DNA from: an uncultured Haloferula sp.
GTDB lineage: Bacteria > Verrucomicrobiota > Verrucomicrobiia > Verrucomicrobiales > Akkermansiaceae
NCBI GenBank assembly: GCA_965652295.1
Contig: CBFGTS010000001.1
Location: 1-64,000 of the forward strand
Direction: 5' to 3'
DNA: 64,000 nucleotides
The notes beneath the pieces were generated by a model. That model worked only from the letters and a program-made list of their open reading frames with translations. It was not told the DNA's origin and searched no databases. The position numbers and the translations under genes are program-made. Positions 54,920-64,000 of this stretch are shown piece by piece. Numbering within the stretch: the stretch's first letter is position 1; each line of letters opens with the position of its first letter.

Positions 54920-57700
54920 ATGACAAAATGGTTCGTGGCCGGGATTCTGGGGTGGGTGCTTCCGGTGTCGGGGCAGGAGAACGCGCTTCGATACGAGGCG
55001 GGCATCCTGGCTCCGAACCAGCAGAACCGGGTGGTGGCGGTGGAGGCGAGCGGGAACGTGGGGCTGGTGCTGCGGCCCGTGCCGGGAGGCGCGGAGGCGG
55101 CGGTGTACCGTCGGAACGGATCGGGGGTGTGGGCGGAGGAGGACGTGCTGACAAGCGGCGAGATCACGGCGGTGGCACTGGATGCCTCATCGGAAATGGC
55201 AGCGGTGGGGGTGGACAATGTGGTGGAGGTCCACCGGCCGTCGTTTCCGCCGAACTGGACGTATTTCGGCACGGCGGGAAGCATGGTGCTGCCGGTGGAC
55301 GAGGAGGTGGTGGGTGTGGCGGTGGACGGGCCGTATGCGGCGGTGCTGGCGGAGTCGTCGGGCTCGCTGGGCGGCGATCAGCGGGTGCGGATGTTCGAGC
55401 TGGCGGGCGGGGCGTGGTCGGAGGTGGCGGATTTCACGCTGGCGCTGCTGCCGGGGGACCTGTTTCCGCCGCGGATCTCGGGCCTGGCGCTGGAGGGGAC
55501 GCGGCTGGCGATCACGGGGGCGGCGGGGGATGTGATCGAGATCCACGAACGGGACGCGCCGGGCGGGGCGTGGGGGACGGTGGCGACGATCGATGGCGGG
55601 ACGTTGGGGCTGGAGGAGTTCGGGGATGTGGCGCTGGCGGGCGACCGGCTGGCGGTGACGGCGGTGCAGGCGGGCTCCGAGGTGCCGAGAGTCGAGGCGT
55701 TTTCCCGAAACCTGGGTGGTGCGGATGCGTGGGGGCATGCGGGGACGGTACATGTGGCCCCGGTGGGAATCGGTGGGCTGCGGCTGGATGCGGACGGTGA
55801 TCGGTTGGTGGTGATGGGGCTTCCGGAGCTGTCGTTGTTTTTCTTCGGGGGGCTGGCGGAGGCGAATTTCTATGGTGCGGGTGGGGGTGCGACGGGGTGG
55901 GCGCACGAGGCGAGGCGGGATCTGGGGCGGCTGAATGGTTTCGGCGTGTTGTCGCTGGGTCCGGCGGCCGCGGCGGATTTGCTGGCGGTGACGGGGGAGG
56001 ATGCGTGGTTCGGCCTGGCGGATGAGGAGTATTTCGAGGGCGCGGCGGGTTGGGCGGCGGTGGTGCACCGGCGCGGCGGAGGGGGATGGGGCCAGGTGCA
56101 GTTGATCGAGGGGCCGGGGGTGGCGGACGGGTTGGGGAAATCGCTGTCGATGGAGAACGGGGTGCTGGCGGTGGGGATGCCGGACGATTCGTGGATGGGA
56201 GCGGAAACGGGGTCGGTGATGTTATGGTGGGTGGCGGTTTCGGGCCAGGAGGGAGGCCAGGCGATGGTGCCACTGGGGCGGATCACGAGTCCTTCGCCGC
56301 AGGCCGGTGAGCGGTTCGGTGCCTCGGTGGCGGTGTTCGCGGGCGGGGATGGATTTTTCCCGGCGGATGTGGTGGTGGCGGTGGGTGCGCCGGGGCGGAA
56401 TGGCGGGGCGGGGGCGGCGTATGTGTTCGAGCCGGGTCTGAGTGGGAATTCGGCAGGAATGGCGCTGGAGCCGGCGGAGGGTTTGGCGGCGGGCGATGCG
56501 TTCGGGAGTTCGGTGGCCGTGGGCGGCGGGACGGAGGCGGATTGGATCGGTGTGGGAAGTCCCGGGGACGATGATGCGGCGTCGAACGCGGGCGCGGTGT
56601 TTGTGTTCGAGCGCGATCTGGGTGGGGTGGATGCGTGGGGGCGGCGGGCGAAACGGACGCGGCCGGCGGGGGTGAGCGGAACGGGCTTCGGGACGAAGAT
56701 GAGCGGGTTCGAGGATGACGGGGATTTCCTGCTGGCGACGCGGCCGCCGGTCTTGGGCAGCCCGGGACAGGTGGCGGTGTTCGGTCGCGACGAGGGAGGG
56801 ACGGATGCGTGGGGGGTGGACGCGGTGATCGAGGCACCGGCGGGCTCGCCTCCGGGGTTCGGAGCGAGCGTGGACGGCGGGTTCTTTTCGATGGCGATCG
56901 GTGCTACGGGAAATGCGGGCGGAACGGGCAAGGCGTATGTTTACAGTCGCGGCACCGGAGGTTGGGCACCGGTGCTGGAGGCGACGGGGACGGCGACGGA
57001 GGGGCCGAGTTTCGGCAGTGAGGTGGCCGTTTCCTATCTGCATCTCTGCGTCGGCTCGCCGGCGGCGGGCGGGGGAAACGGACGGCTATCGGTATGGGGG
57101 CAGAGGGGCCCGATCCTGGCGGACTGGGGACTGCTTTACCATCAGAGCGGCTCGTCGGGCGAGGGTCTGGGAAGCGCGGTGGGGTCGTGGATCATCTACG
57201 GCGCGGCGGGCGCGCCGGGCTCGAATTTTTCGGGGCCGGGAAACGGGCAGGTGGTGGTGAACCGGGCGGGGAGCTACGAGGTGTGAGCGAAATCGCACGA
57301 GCCATCGATCCTGCCACGCTGGAAACCGGAGCAGGACGCGGACGAGGACGGGCAGGCGAACCTGATCGAGTTCGCACTGGAATCGGACCCGACTTCGGCA
57401 GCGAGTCGCGGGATTTTCGCGCTGGAGCGTGGCGTGTATCATCCGACGACGACGGCGGATCCGGCGATGGTGTGGATGGTGCCCGATCCGGCCTATGCGA
57501 CGACCTTCCTGGACTTGAAGGTGGAGGTGAGCCCGACGCTGGAGTCGTGGACGACGGCGGAGTACGAGGGCGCGAGCACAGAGCGCTACTACCTGACGGG
57601 AGGGGCGCTGCGGCGGTTCTACCGGTTGAGTCCGCTTTATCCGTGGTTCGACTCCCCGAGCGGCGGCGGAGGGGGTGGGGTCATTGAGCTCGGGGAATGA
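54920..57700 (+). pseudogene. FG-GAP repeat secreted protein interrupted by one in-frame TGA (57284-57286)
   Basis: FGASVAV, FGSSVAV, VGAPG..GAAYVF repeats. After ...GSYEV* the same frame continues AKSHEPS...DADEDGQANLIEFALESDP...RRFYRL to TGA 57700. Confidence 0.8.
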
Positions 57701-57793
57701 GAGGAGGCTTCGTTTTTGAACCGTGACGTGCGGTGGGGGTGGAATACGCGATACGGTGATGCTCTGGATCCGAAGTGAAGCTAATATCAACGC

Positions 57794-58453
57794 ATGTCTT
57801 CCGCCTCTTCCATACGCGTGAACCATGTGTTCGTGGACTTCGAGAATGTACGGAGGATCGATCCCGAAGTCCTCGGGACAAAGACCTTTTCCCTGCAGAT
57901 CTTCCTCGGTCCTCAGAACAAGAAGCTGGATGTCGAGGTGGTGCAGGCGCTGCTGGAGCACTCCCATATGGTCAGGCTGGTGCGGAGCCCGAAGGCAGGA
58001 AACAACGCCTTGGACTTCGTGCTGGCCTTCGATCTCGGTCAGGCGGTGTTGGCCGATCCAAAGGGCTTCTTTCATATCATCTCGCGGGACGAGGGGTTCG
58101 ATTCATTGGTCGAGCTGCTGCGTGAGCGGAATGTGAAAATCCGCCGCCATGCGGATTGGGCGGGTCTTGCGACGGCGCTGGCGGTGCCGGTGAAACCGGA
58201 GCCGCTGAAGGAATCCCAGGTGCCGGCGAACGAGAGTGCTTCTTCGTTGAGCGAGCCTGCGAAGAAGATGCTGGAGGTGCTGAAGAAATCGGCGAAGAAC
58301 CGCCCGGCGCAGCGGAAGACGCTGGTGAATCACGCGATCCAATTCGTGGGAAAGGATGCGGGCCTGAAGGCGCAGGAAGCCGTCGTGGCGGAGCTGCAGA
58401 AGGCGGGCCGTTTGGCTTTCGATGAGAAAGGGAAGGTGACGTACCGGGTGTAG
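57794..58453 (+). CDS. PIN/NYN-like domain protein with a C-terminal helical domain
   Basis: HVFVDFENV; GNNALDFVLAFDLG; HIISRDEGFDSLV; RPAQRKTL. Confidence 0.82.
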   Translation: MSSASSIRVNHVFVDFENVRRIDPEVLGTKTFSLQIFLGPQNKKLDVEVVQALLEHSHMVRLVRSPKAGNNALDFVLAFDLGQAVLADPKGFFHIISRDEGFDSLVELLRERNVKIRRHADWAGLATALAVPVKPEPLKESQVPANESASSLSEPAKKMLEVLKKSAKNRPAQRKTLVNHAIQFVGKDAGLKAQEAVVAELQKAGRLAFDEKGKVTYRV

Positions 58454-58488
58454 GAAGCTGAGAGCCATGCCAACAAAGGAGCGGCGGC

Positions 58489-59247
58489 TCAGTCGTAATG
58501 CACGGCTTCCAGGTAGAGTCCGTCGGCAGGCGCACAGTGGGAGCTGCGGCTGTGGGGGAGGCCCGCGGGTTGATCGAGCAGGGAGGTCATTTCCTCGAAG
58601 GGCATGCGGCCCTGGGCGACGTGGACGGCGCTGCCGACGAGGAGGCGGACCATTTTGTAGAGAAAGCCATCGCCGGTGAAGGTGAGGCGGAGGCCGTCTT
58701 CGATCGGTGAAACGGAAGTCCGTGTGAGCGTGCGGCGGTGGTCGGTGGCTTCGGTCTCGTTGCCGCGGCGGGCGCTGAAGGCCTCGAAGTCATGGTATCC
58801 ATGGAAGACGGCGAGGGCGGTGTCCAGCCGTTCCGGATCGAGCCCGCGCGGCAGATGCCAGGCGAGGCCGTGGCGGAAGGGGGAGAGGACGGGCGACGTA
58901 CTAAGATCGTAGTGGTAGGTTTTTCCGCGGGCGGAAAAGCGGGCGTGGAAATCCGGCGCGACCTCGGCGGCCTCCATCACACGGATCGTCCGGGGGAGTT
59001 TGGTATTGAGGGCGGCGAGCCAGTTCCCGGGGCGCATGGTGAGTGCGGCCGGCGCATCGAAATGGGCCGTCTGGGCGAGCGCGTGGACGCCGGCATCGGT
59101 GCGGCCGGAGCCGTGGACGCGGACGGGCTCGCGGGCGATGGTGGAGGCGGCCTTTTCAAGCAGGTCCTGGACGGTGTTTCCCCCGGGCTGCGATTGCCAG
59201 CCGTCGAAGGGGCGTCCGTCATAGGCAAGGGTGAGTCGCAGTCGCAT
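58489..59247 (-). CDS. truA: tRNA pseudouridine(38-40) synthase TruA
   Basis: LAYDGRPFDGWQSQP; GSGRTDAGVHALAQ; FHARFSA; GDGFLYKMVRLLVG; APADGLYL. Confidence 0.97.
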   Translation of the reverse strand: MRLRLTLAYDGRPFDGWQSQPGGNTVQDLLEKAASTIAREPVRVHGSGRTDAGVHALAQTAHFDAPAALTMRPGNWLAALNTKLPRTIRVMEAAEVAPDFHARFSARGKTYHYDLSTSPVLSPFRHGLAWHLPRGLDPERLDTALAVFHGYHDFEAFSARRGNETEATDHRRTLTRTSVSPIEDGLRLTFTGDGFLYKMVRLLVGSAVHVAQGRMPFEEMTSLLDQPAGLPHSRSSHCAPADGLYLEAVHYD

Positions 59248-59358
59248 CCGGACGCGACGTTGGCGGATCGATGCAGGCAGGTCCAACTTCGAAATGTCCC
59301 TCGCAGGGCCCGAGGATGGGGCTTTTCACCGATCCCGGCCCCGGCTAGACAGGCTCGA

Positions 59359-61596
59359 ATGAAAGCACCCTGGGTGGTTGGAAGTGTGTTGGTGGCGTTG
59401 CTGGCAGGCTGGGGTCTCGGCCGCATGAGCGATTCCGACGGACGGGACGGGGAGAACCAAAATGGAGTGGCGAGGGCTTCCGAGCGCACGGCGGGCAGAT
59501 CGCGCTTCGAAGGAGGAGCGGAGGCGGGCGTGCGGACTTTCGAGGAACTGCTCAATTCGGGTGGCTCGGACCGCCGTATCCTCAATGCCCTGACGCGGCA
59601 GCTCGATGGCTGCGGCGAGGAGGAACTGAGGGAGATGCTCAAGGTGCTGGACACCGCGCAGGTCCGGGGCTCGTGGGGCAAGCGGATGATCGCCGTGCAG
59701 ATGGTGTTCGAACGCTGGGCGGAGATCGATCCCAACGCGGCGCTGGGGGAGGCGCTGGAGCTGGACCGCTGGGAGGCGGGCGAGGCGATGCGGGCGGTTT
59801 TTTCCACGGTGGTGGAAACCGATCCGCAGGGGGCGTGGGCGCTGGCGCGGTCGGTCGCGGAGGGTCCGCTGCAGCGGCAGGCTTCGGAGATCGTGCTGGG
59901 CGAGATGGCGGAGGCGGATCCGCAGGGCGCGTTCGCCTTGCTGAAGGCGACGCCGGGCTTGCAGCCGGCGGCGCTGTTCGCCTCGTGGGCGAGGGTCGAT
60001 CCGGTGGGAGCGCTGGAGGCGAGCCGGACGCTGCCGGGCTCCGGTCGCACGGGGATTCTCGGCTCGGTGTTTTCGCAGTGGTTCCGCGATGACGAGAAGG
60101 CGGCGATGACGGCTTTCGAGGGGCTGGAAGGGCTTGAGCGGCGCTCGGCGGCGGATTCGATTCTGGGAACCTGGCAAGGGCTCGACGTGCAGGCCGCCGC
60201 GGCGTGGGCGGCGGAGCATGCGGGCGAGATTTCGGACCGTGCCTTGCAGGGGCTCTGCCGGGAGATGAGCCGCGAAGATCCGCAGGCGGCGGTGGCGTGG
60301 GCCACGGAACATCTGAAGGACAACGTGCGGGTCGAGGCCCTGGAAGGCGTCTTCGGCGAATGGGCGAGCCGCTCGCCGGCCGAGGCGGCGGAGTGGTTGA
60401 AATCGATCCAGAACCCTGCCGAGCAGGTCCGGATCGCCCGCAATGGTTTCTGGTGGCTGGCGTGGTCGTCGCCGCAGGATGCCGTCGGCCTGGCGAAGGA
60501 CATCGGCGAGAGCAATTTCGATGGCTGGTTCGTGAGGCAGATCGGCGAACAGCTGGCGGGGCTGGACATGAAGCGGGCGATGGAGATCGCCGACACCTTT
60601 GATACCGATGGTTTCAAATCCGGAATGCGGCAGGGGATCGTGGAAGCATGGATGGACGTGGATCCGGAGGGTGCGGTGGCTTTCGCGATGAGCGAGGAGA
60701 ACGAGGCGAAGCGAACCGGGCTGCTGGGGGTGATCGCGGGTGAAATGGCGGAACGCGATCCGGCGCGGGCCCTGGCGCTGGCGGAGGGCCTGCCGCCGGG
60801 GCAAGCGCAAACGCAGGTCGTCACCGCGGCGGTAGCGCAATGGGTGGGGAAATCGCCGCAGGAGGCCTCGGCCTACGTCGCCGGCCTGACGGATCCGGTG
60901 GTGAAGGAGGCGGCGATCCAGACGCTGATGCAGCGCTGGGCGTGGCAGGATGGCGAGGCGGCCTTCAAGTTCGCGGAAACCCTGGGTGCCGGAGGCGCGA
61001 CCCATCAGGGAATGATCCAGGCCGCGGGGCAGTGGGCGACGCGCGATCCGGAGGGAGCGTTCGACTACATCAGCGGTCTCCCCGCCGGAGGATCCGCCGA
61101 TCGGGCGCTCGCCGCCGTGCTGGAGCGCTGGGCGGGCGAGCATCCGGACCAGGCTGCGGCGGCCCTGGAGGGGGTCGGCAGCGGCACGCCCCAAATGTAT
61201 GAGTCCTTGGCGGATACCTGGTCGGCGAAGGAACCGGATGAGGCGCTGGCCTGGGCGGCGAGGCTCCAAGATCCCACCGCCCAAGCGGGGGCGTACGAGG
61301 CGATTTCCGAAAACTGGGCCGAGCGCGATCCCACGGCCGCCGGCGGGTGGCTCAGCGGGCTGGGCGAGGGCGAGCCGCGGGACAAGGCCGTGATGGCTTA
61401 CGCCAGAGAGGTGGTCGGCGTGGATGCCGCCTCCGCGCTGGGTTGGGCGAACTCGATCAGCGACCGCTCGCGGCGATGGGATACGGTGAAATCGCTGGCC
61501 AACCAATGGTATCAGCGCAATGCCGAGGAGGCCGTCTCCTGGATGCAGGATCAGGGTTTCAGCGCCGACCAGATCCACGAAGCGACGCGGGATTGA
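59359..61596 (+). CDS. Membrane-anchored alpha-solenoid repeat protein (W-A-x-x-D-P-x-x-A repeats)
   Basis: N-terminal anchor VVGSVLVALLAGWGLG; repeats WAEIDPNAA, WARVDPVGA, WMDVDPEGA, WATRDPEGA, WAERDPTAA. Confidence 0.8.
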   Translation: MKAPWVVGSVLVALLAGWGLGRMSDSDGRDGENQNGVARASERTAGRSRFEGGAEAGVRTFEELLNSGGSDRRILNALTRQLDGCGEEELREMLKVLDTAQVRGSWGKRMIAVQMVFERWAEIDPNAALGEALELDRWEAGEAMRAVFSTVVETDPQGAWALARSVAEGPLQRQASEIVLGEMAEADPQGAFALLKATPGLQPAALFASWARVDPVGALEASRTLPGSGRTGILGSVFSQWFRDDEKAAMTAFEGLEGLERRSAADSILGTWQGLDVQAAAAWAAEHAGEISDRALQGLCREMSREDPQAAVAWATEHLKDNVRVEALEGVFGEWASRSPAEAAEWLKSIQNPAEQVRIARNGFWWLAWSSPQDAVGLAKDIGESNFDGWFVRQIGEQLAGLDMKRAMEIADTFDTDGFKSGMRQGIVEAWMDVDPEGAVAFAMSEENEAKRTGLLGVIAGEMAERDPARALALAEGLPPGQAQTQVVTAAVAQWVGKSPQEASAYVAGLTDPVVKEAAIQTLMQRWAWQDGEAAFKFAETLGAGGATHQGMIQAAGQWATRDPEGAFDYISGLPAGGSADRALAAVLERWAGEHPDQAAAALEGVGSGTPQMYESLADTWSAKEPDEALAWAARLQDPTAQAGAYEAISENWAERDPTAAGGWLSGLGEGEPRDKAVMAYAREVVGVDAASALGWANSISDRSRRWDTVKSLANQWYQRNAEEAVSWMQDQGFSADQIHEATRD

Positions 61597-61679
61597 TACC
61601 ACCAGCGGCGATTTTCCGAGCCCTCGTCGGGCGCGGTTGATTCGAGCCGGGCGGCAGGTATGATCCGCGCCGACCGCCC

Positions 61680-63326
61680 ATGCTCACACTCCTGAAAATC
61701 CGCAACCTCGCCCTCGTCGATGAACTCGTGTGGGAACTCGGGCCCGGATTGGTGGGCGTCACCGGTGAGACCGGCGCGGGCAAGTCGGTCATCGTCGGCG
61801 CGCTGAAGCTGGTGCTCGGCGAGCGCGCGGACAAATCGCTGATCCGTTCCGGCGAGACCCAGTGCACGGTGGAGGCCGTTTTTGAACTGGAGAATCCGGC
61901 GGAGGTCGATGCCGTGCTGGAGGAAGGCGGACTGGAGCCCTGCGGGGGTGAGGCGCTGATCGTGCGGCGGGTGATCGGCCAGACCGGCAACCGCCAGTTC
62001 GTCAACGACTCGCCGGTCACGCTGAACCTGCTGAAACGCCTCGGCGAACACCTCGTGGACCTGCACGGTCCGCACGATCACCAGTCGCTGCTTTCCACCG
62101 AGCGCCAGCTGGCGATGCTGGATGCCTATGCGGACGCCGACCTCGACGGCTTCCGCGACCTGTGGCGGTCGTGGCGGGAGAAGCTGAACGAATGGGAGGA
62201 GCTGCGCGAGGCCGAGAGCGCGGGCGAGACCGAGCTGGAGCTGTTGCGGCACCAGGTGGCGGAGATCGACGCGGCCGAGCTGAAGCCGGAAGAGGAGGAC
62301 GAGATCACCGACCGCTGCCGCCGGGCTGGAAACGCCACGCGCCTGGTCGAGCTGGCCGGGGCCGCGGCCGGGCTGCTCGGCGGCGAGGACGGCGGGATCG
62401 TGACGATGCTCGGCGAGGTCCAGCGGTTGGTGCGGGAGATCGAAAAGCTCGATCCGAGCGTGGCCGAGCGGACGCTGGGTCTGGAAGGTGCCGTGCTGGA
62501 ACTGCAGGAGCTGGAGCGGACGTTCAACGACTACGCCGAGGACCTCGACCTCGATCCGCGGGAGGCGACGGCGCTGGAGGACCGGGTGAATCTTTTCGAA
62601 ACGTTGAAGCGGAAGTACGGACCTACGTTGGACGCCGTACTTGCGCACCGCGACCGCTGCGCCGGCCGGCTCGATGCGGTGGACAACCGCGGCGAACGGC
62701 TCGACGCGCTGGCGGCCGAGGTGGCGGCGCTGCGCGAAAAGGTGGACAAGGAGGGCCGGGCGATCGGCCTGAAGCGCAAGAAGGCCGCGCCGAAGCTCGC
62801 CAAGGAGATCGCCGGCCAGTTGCGCGACCTGGGTTTCAAGCAGTCGTCCTTCGAGATCCAATTGGCGGTCCACCGCGAGCCGACGGCGGCGGGTTTCGAA
62901 TCGGTCGAGTTCCTCTTCGGCCCGAACCCGGGCGAGCCTCTGCAGCCGATGCGGCAGATCGCCTCCAGCGGCGAGGTGAGCCGCGTGATGCTGGCGGTGA
63001 AGAGCGCGCTGGCGGATCAGGATGCGACGCCGTTGATGGTCTTCGACGAGATCGACGCCAACGTCGGCGGCGAGATCGCGAGGGCGGTCGGGAAGAAAAT
63101 GGCGACGCTGGGCGAGCGGCATCAGGTGGTGGCGATCACGCATTTTCCGCAGGTCGCGGCCACCGCGGCGCGGCACTACGTGGTGCTCAAGGAAGTCACC
63201 GGCGGTCGTACGCGTTCGACGCTTTTCCCGGTGACCGGAGAGGAGCGGATCGACGAACTCGTCCGCATGCTCGGCGGCGGCGGCAAATCAGCGCGCGAGA
63301 TGGCGGTGAGTTTGTTGGAGGGGTGA
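61680..63326 (+). CDS. recN: DNA repair protein RecN
   Basis: LKIRNLALVD; TGETGAGKS (Walker A); DLHGPHDHQSL; IASSGEVSRVMLA; VFDEIDANVGG; ITHFPQVAA. Confidence 0.97.
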   Translation: MLTLLKIRNLALVDELVWELGPGLVGVTGETGAGKSVIVGALKLVLGERADKSLIRSGETQCTVEAVFELENPAEVDAVLEEGGLEPCGGEALIVRRVIGQTGNRQFVNDSPVTLNLLKRLGEHLVDLHGPHDHQSLLSTERQLAMLDAYADADLDGFRDLWRSWREKLNEWEELREAESAGETELELLRHQVAEIDAAELKPEEEDEITDRCRRAGNATRLVELAGAAAGLLGGEDGGIVTMLGEVQRLVREIEKLDPSVAERTLGLEGAVLELQELERTFNDYAEDLDLDPREATALEDRVNLFETLKRKYGPTLDAVLAHRDRCAGRLDAVDNRGERLDALAAEVAALREKVDKEGRAIGLKRKKAAPKLAKEIAGQLRDLGFKQSSFEIQLAVHREPTAAGFESVEFLFGPNPGEPLQPMRQIASSGEVSRVMLAVKSALADQDATPLMVFDEIDANVGGEIARAVGKKMATLGERHQVVAITHFPQVAATAARHYVVLKEVTGGRTRSTLFPVTGEERIDELVRMLGGGGKSAREMAVSLLEG

Positions 63327-63418
63327 TCCTTCGAGCCTCCGTTTCCACGGTAACCCGTTTTGCCGGGGTGCCCGGGTAATAGGTGGAAGGAGCGGCGCGT
63401 AGATTCCCGCCTACGATC

Positions 63419-64000
63419 ATGCATGTCGCCGCTCGTTTCTTCTGCGCTTTGGTGGGTCTCGTCCCGCTCTCTGTTTCCGCCGGCCAACTTGCCGTCCATC
63501 CCGCTCCGAAAGGTGCGGAGCTGAACGACGATTTCGACGTTCGTGTCCGCGTGCCGGGGGGCGAGTGGAAAGAACTGTCGGAGTATCTGGTCCGGGTCTG
63601 TTGCCAACAAGGCGCGCCGGGAAGGACCAGGGAAGCTTCGATGGCTTTCTTTGACTTCGAGGGTGAAGTGGAGGTTTCCGTGAAACACCGCGGAGGGCCG
63701 GTCGGGGCCGCGCGCGTCCGTCCGCTGTCGCTGGGGATCGAATCCGCCATCGAGGGCGATCAGGTCATCTTCAAGCTGGACCAACCCTGTGACCTCTCGG
63801 TCGAGATCAACGGAGACATTTTCGGGAACCTCCACCTGTTCGGCCGCTCGATGCCGGAGCCTGCGCCCGATCCTTCTCGGGACGGCGTCATCTATTTCGG
63901 TCCCGGCGTGCATGAACTTGAGGGCGGCAGACTGGACGTGCCGTCGGGCGCTCACGTTTACCTCGACGGAGGGGCCTTGGTGCGCGGGGTGCTCAACGTG
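63419..64000 (+). CDS. GH28/GH49-like beta-helix glycosidase, 5' partial
   Basis: Not in the ORF track because it has no stop in the window. Reads MHVAARFFCALVGLVPLSVSA..NDDFDVRVR..SMAFFDFEGEVEVSV..RVRPLSLGI..LSVEINGDIFGNLHLF..IYFGPGVH..VYLDGGALV. Confidence 0.8.
   Translation, partial: MHVAARFFCALVGLVPLSVSAGQLAVHPAPKGAELNDDFDVRVRVPGGEWKELSEYLVRVCCQQGAPGRTREASMAFFDFEGEVEVSVKHRGGPVGAARVRPLSLGIESAIEGDQVIFKLDQPCDLSVEINGDIFGNLHLFGRSMPEPAPDPSRDGVIYFGPGVHELEGGRLDVPSGAHVYLDGGALVRGVLNV

Noticed and set aside
57284..57286. TGA as selenocysteine or an alternative genetic code
   Set aside because: The context predicts Trp rather than Cys, no convincing SECIS follows, and many genes here (recJ, recN, dapL) end in TGA.
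58738..59358. N-terminal extension of the 952-aa ORF
   Set aside because: It is antisense to truA; the signal anchor begins at ATG 59359.

Overview
64-kb chromosomal window from a high-GC bacterium. The gene content points to Verrucomicrobiota, probably Luteolibacter/Haloferula-like (inferred from the DUF1549/1553-DUF1501 pair, a PEP-CTERM protein, a Verru_Chthon A-like prepilin, an SHD1 protein and dapL). Housekeeping genes (recJ, dapL, tex, truA, recN) are interleaved with glycan-use and surface genes: a propeller/Y_Y_Y two-component system, GH16, GH39, a partial GH28-like gene, rhaA with an NCS1-type permease, three glycosyltransferases and four large secreted proteins that share one C-terminal domain. 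A repeat-rich accessory zone at about 44-58 kb holds a REP-associated tyrosine transposase with three GGAAC-type REPINs, an EVE-HNH-like nuclease cassette bracketed by inverted heptamer-tailed repeats, a rhomboid plus class A beta-lactamase segment bracketed by direct repeats, and an FG-GAP protein gene split by one in-frame TGA. I found no rRNA, tRNA or CRISPR array. All family calls come from motif recognition by eye; no database search was run.
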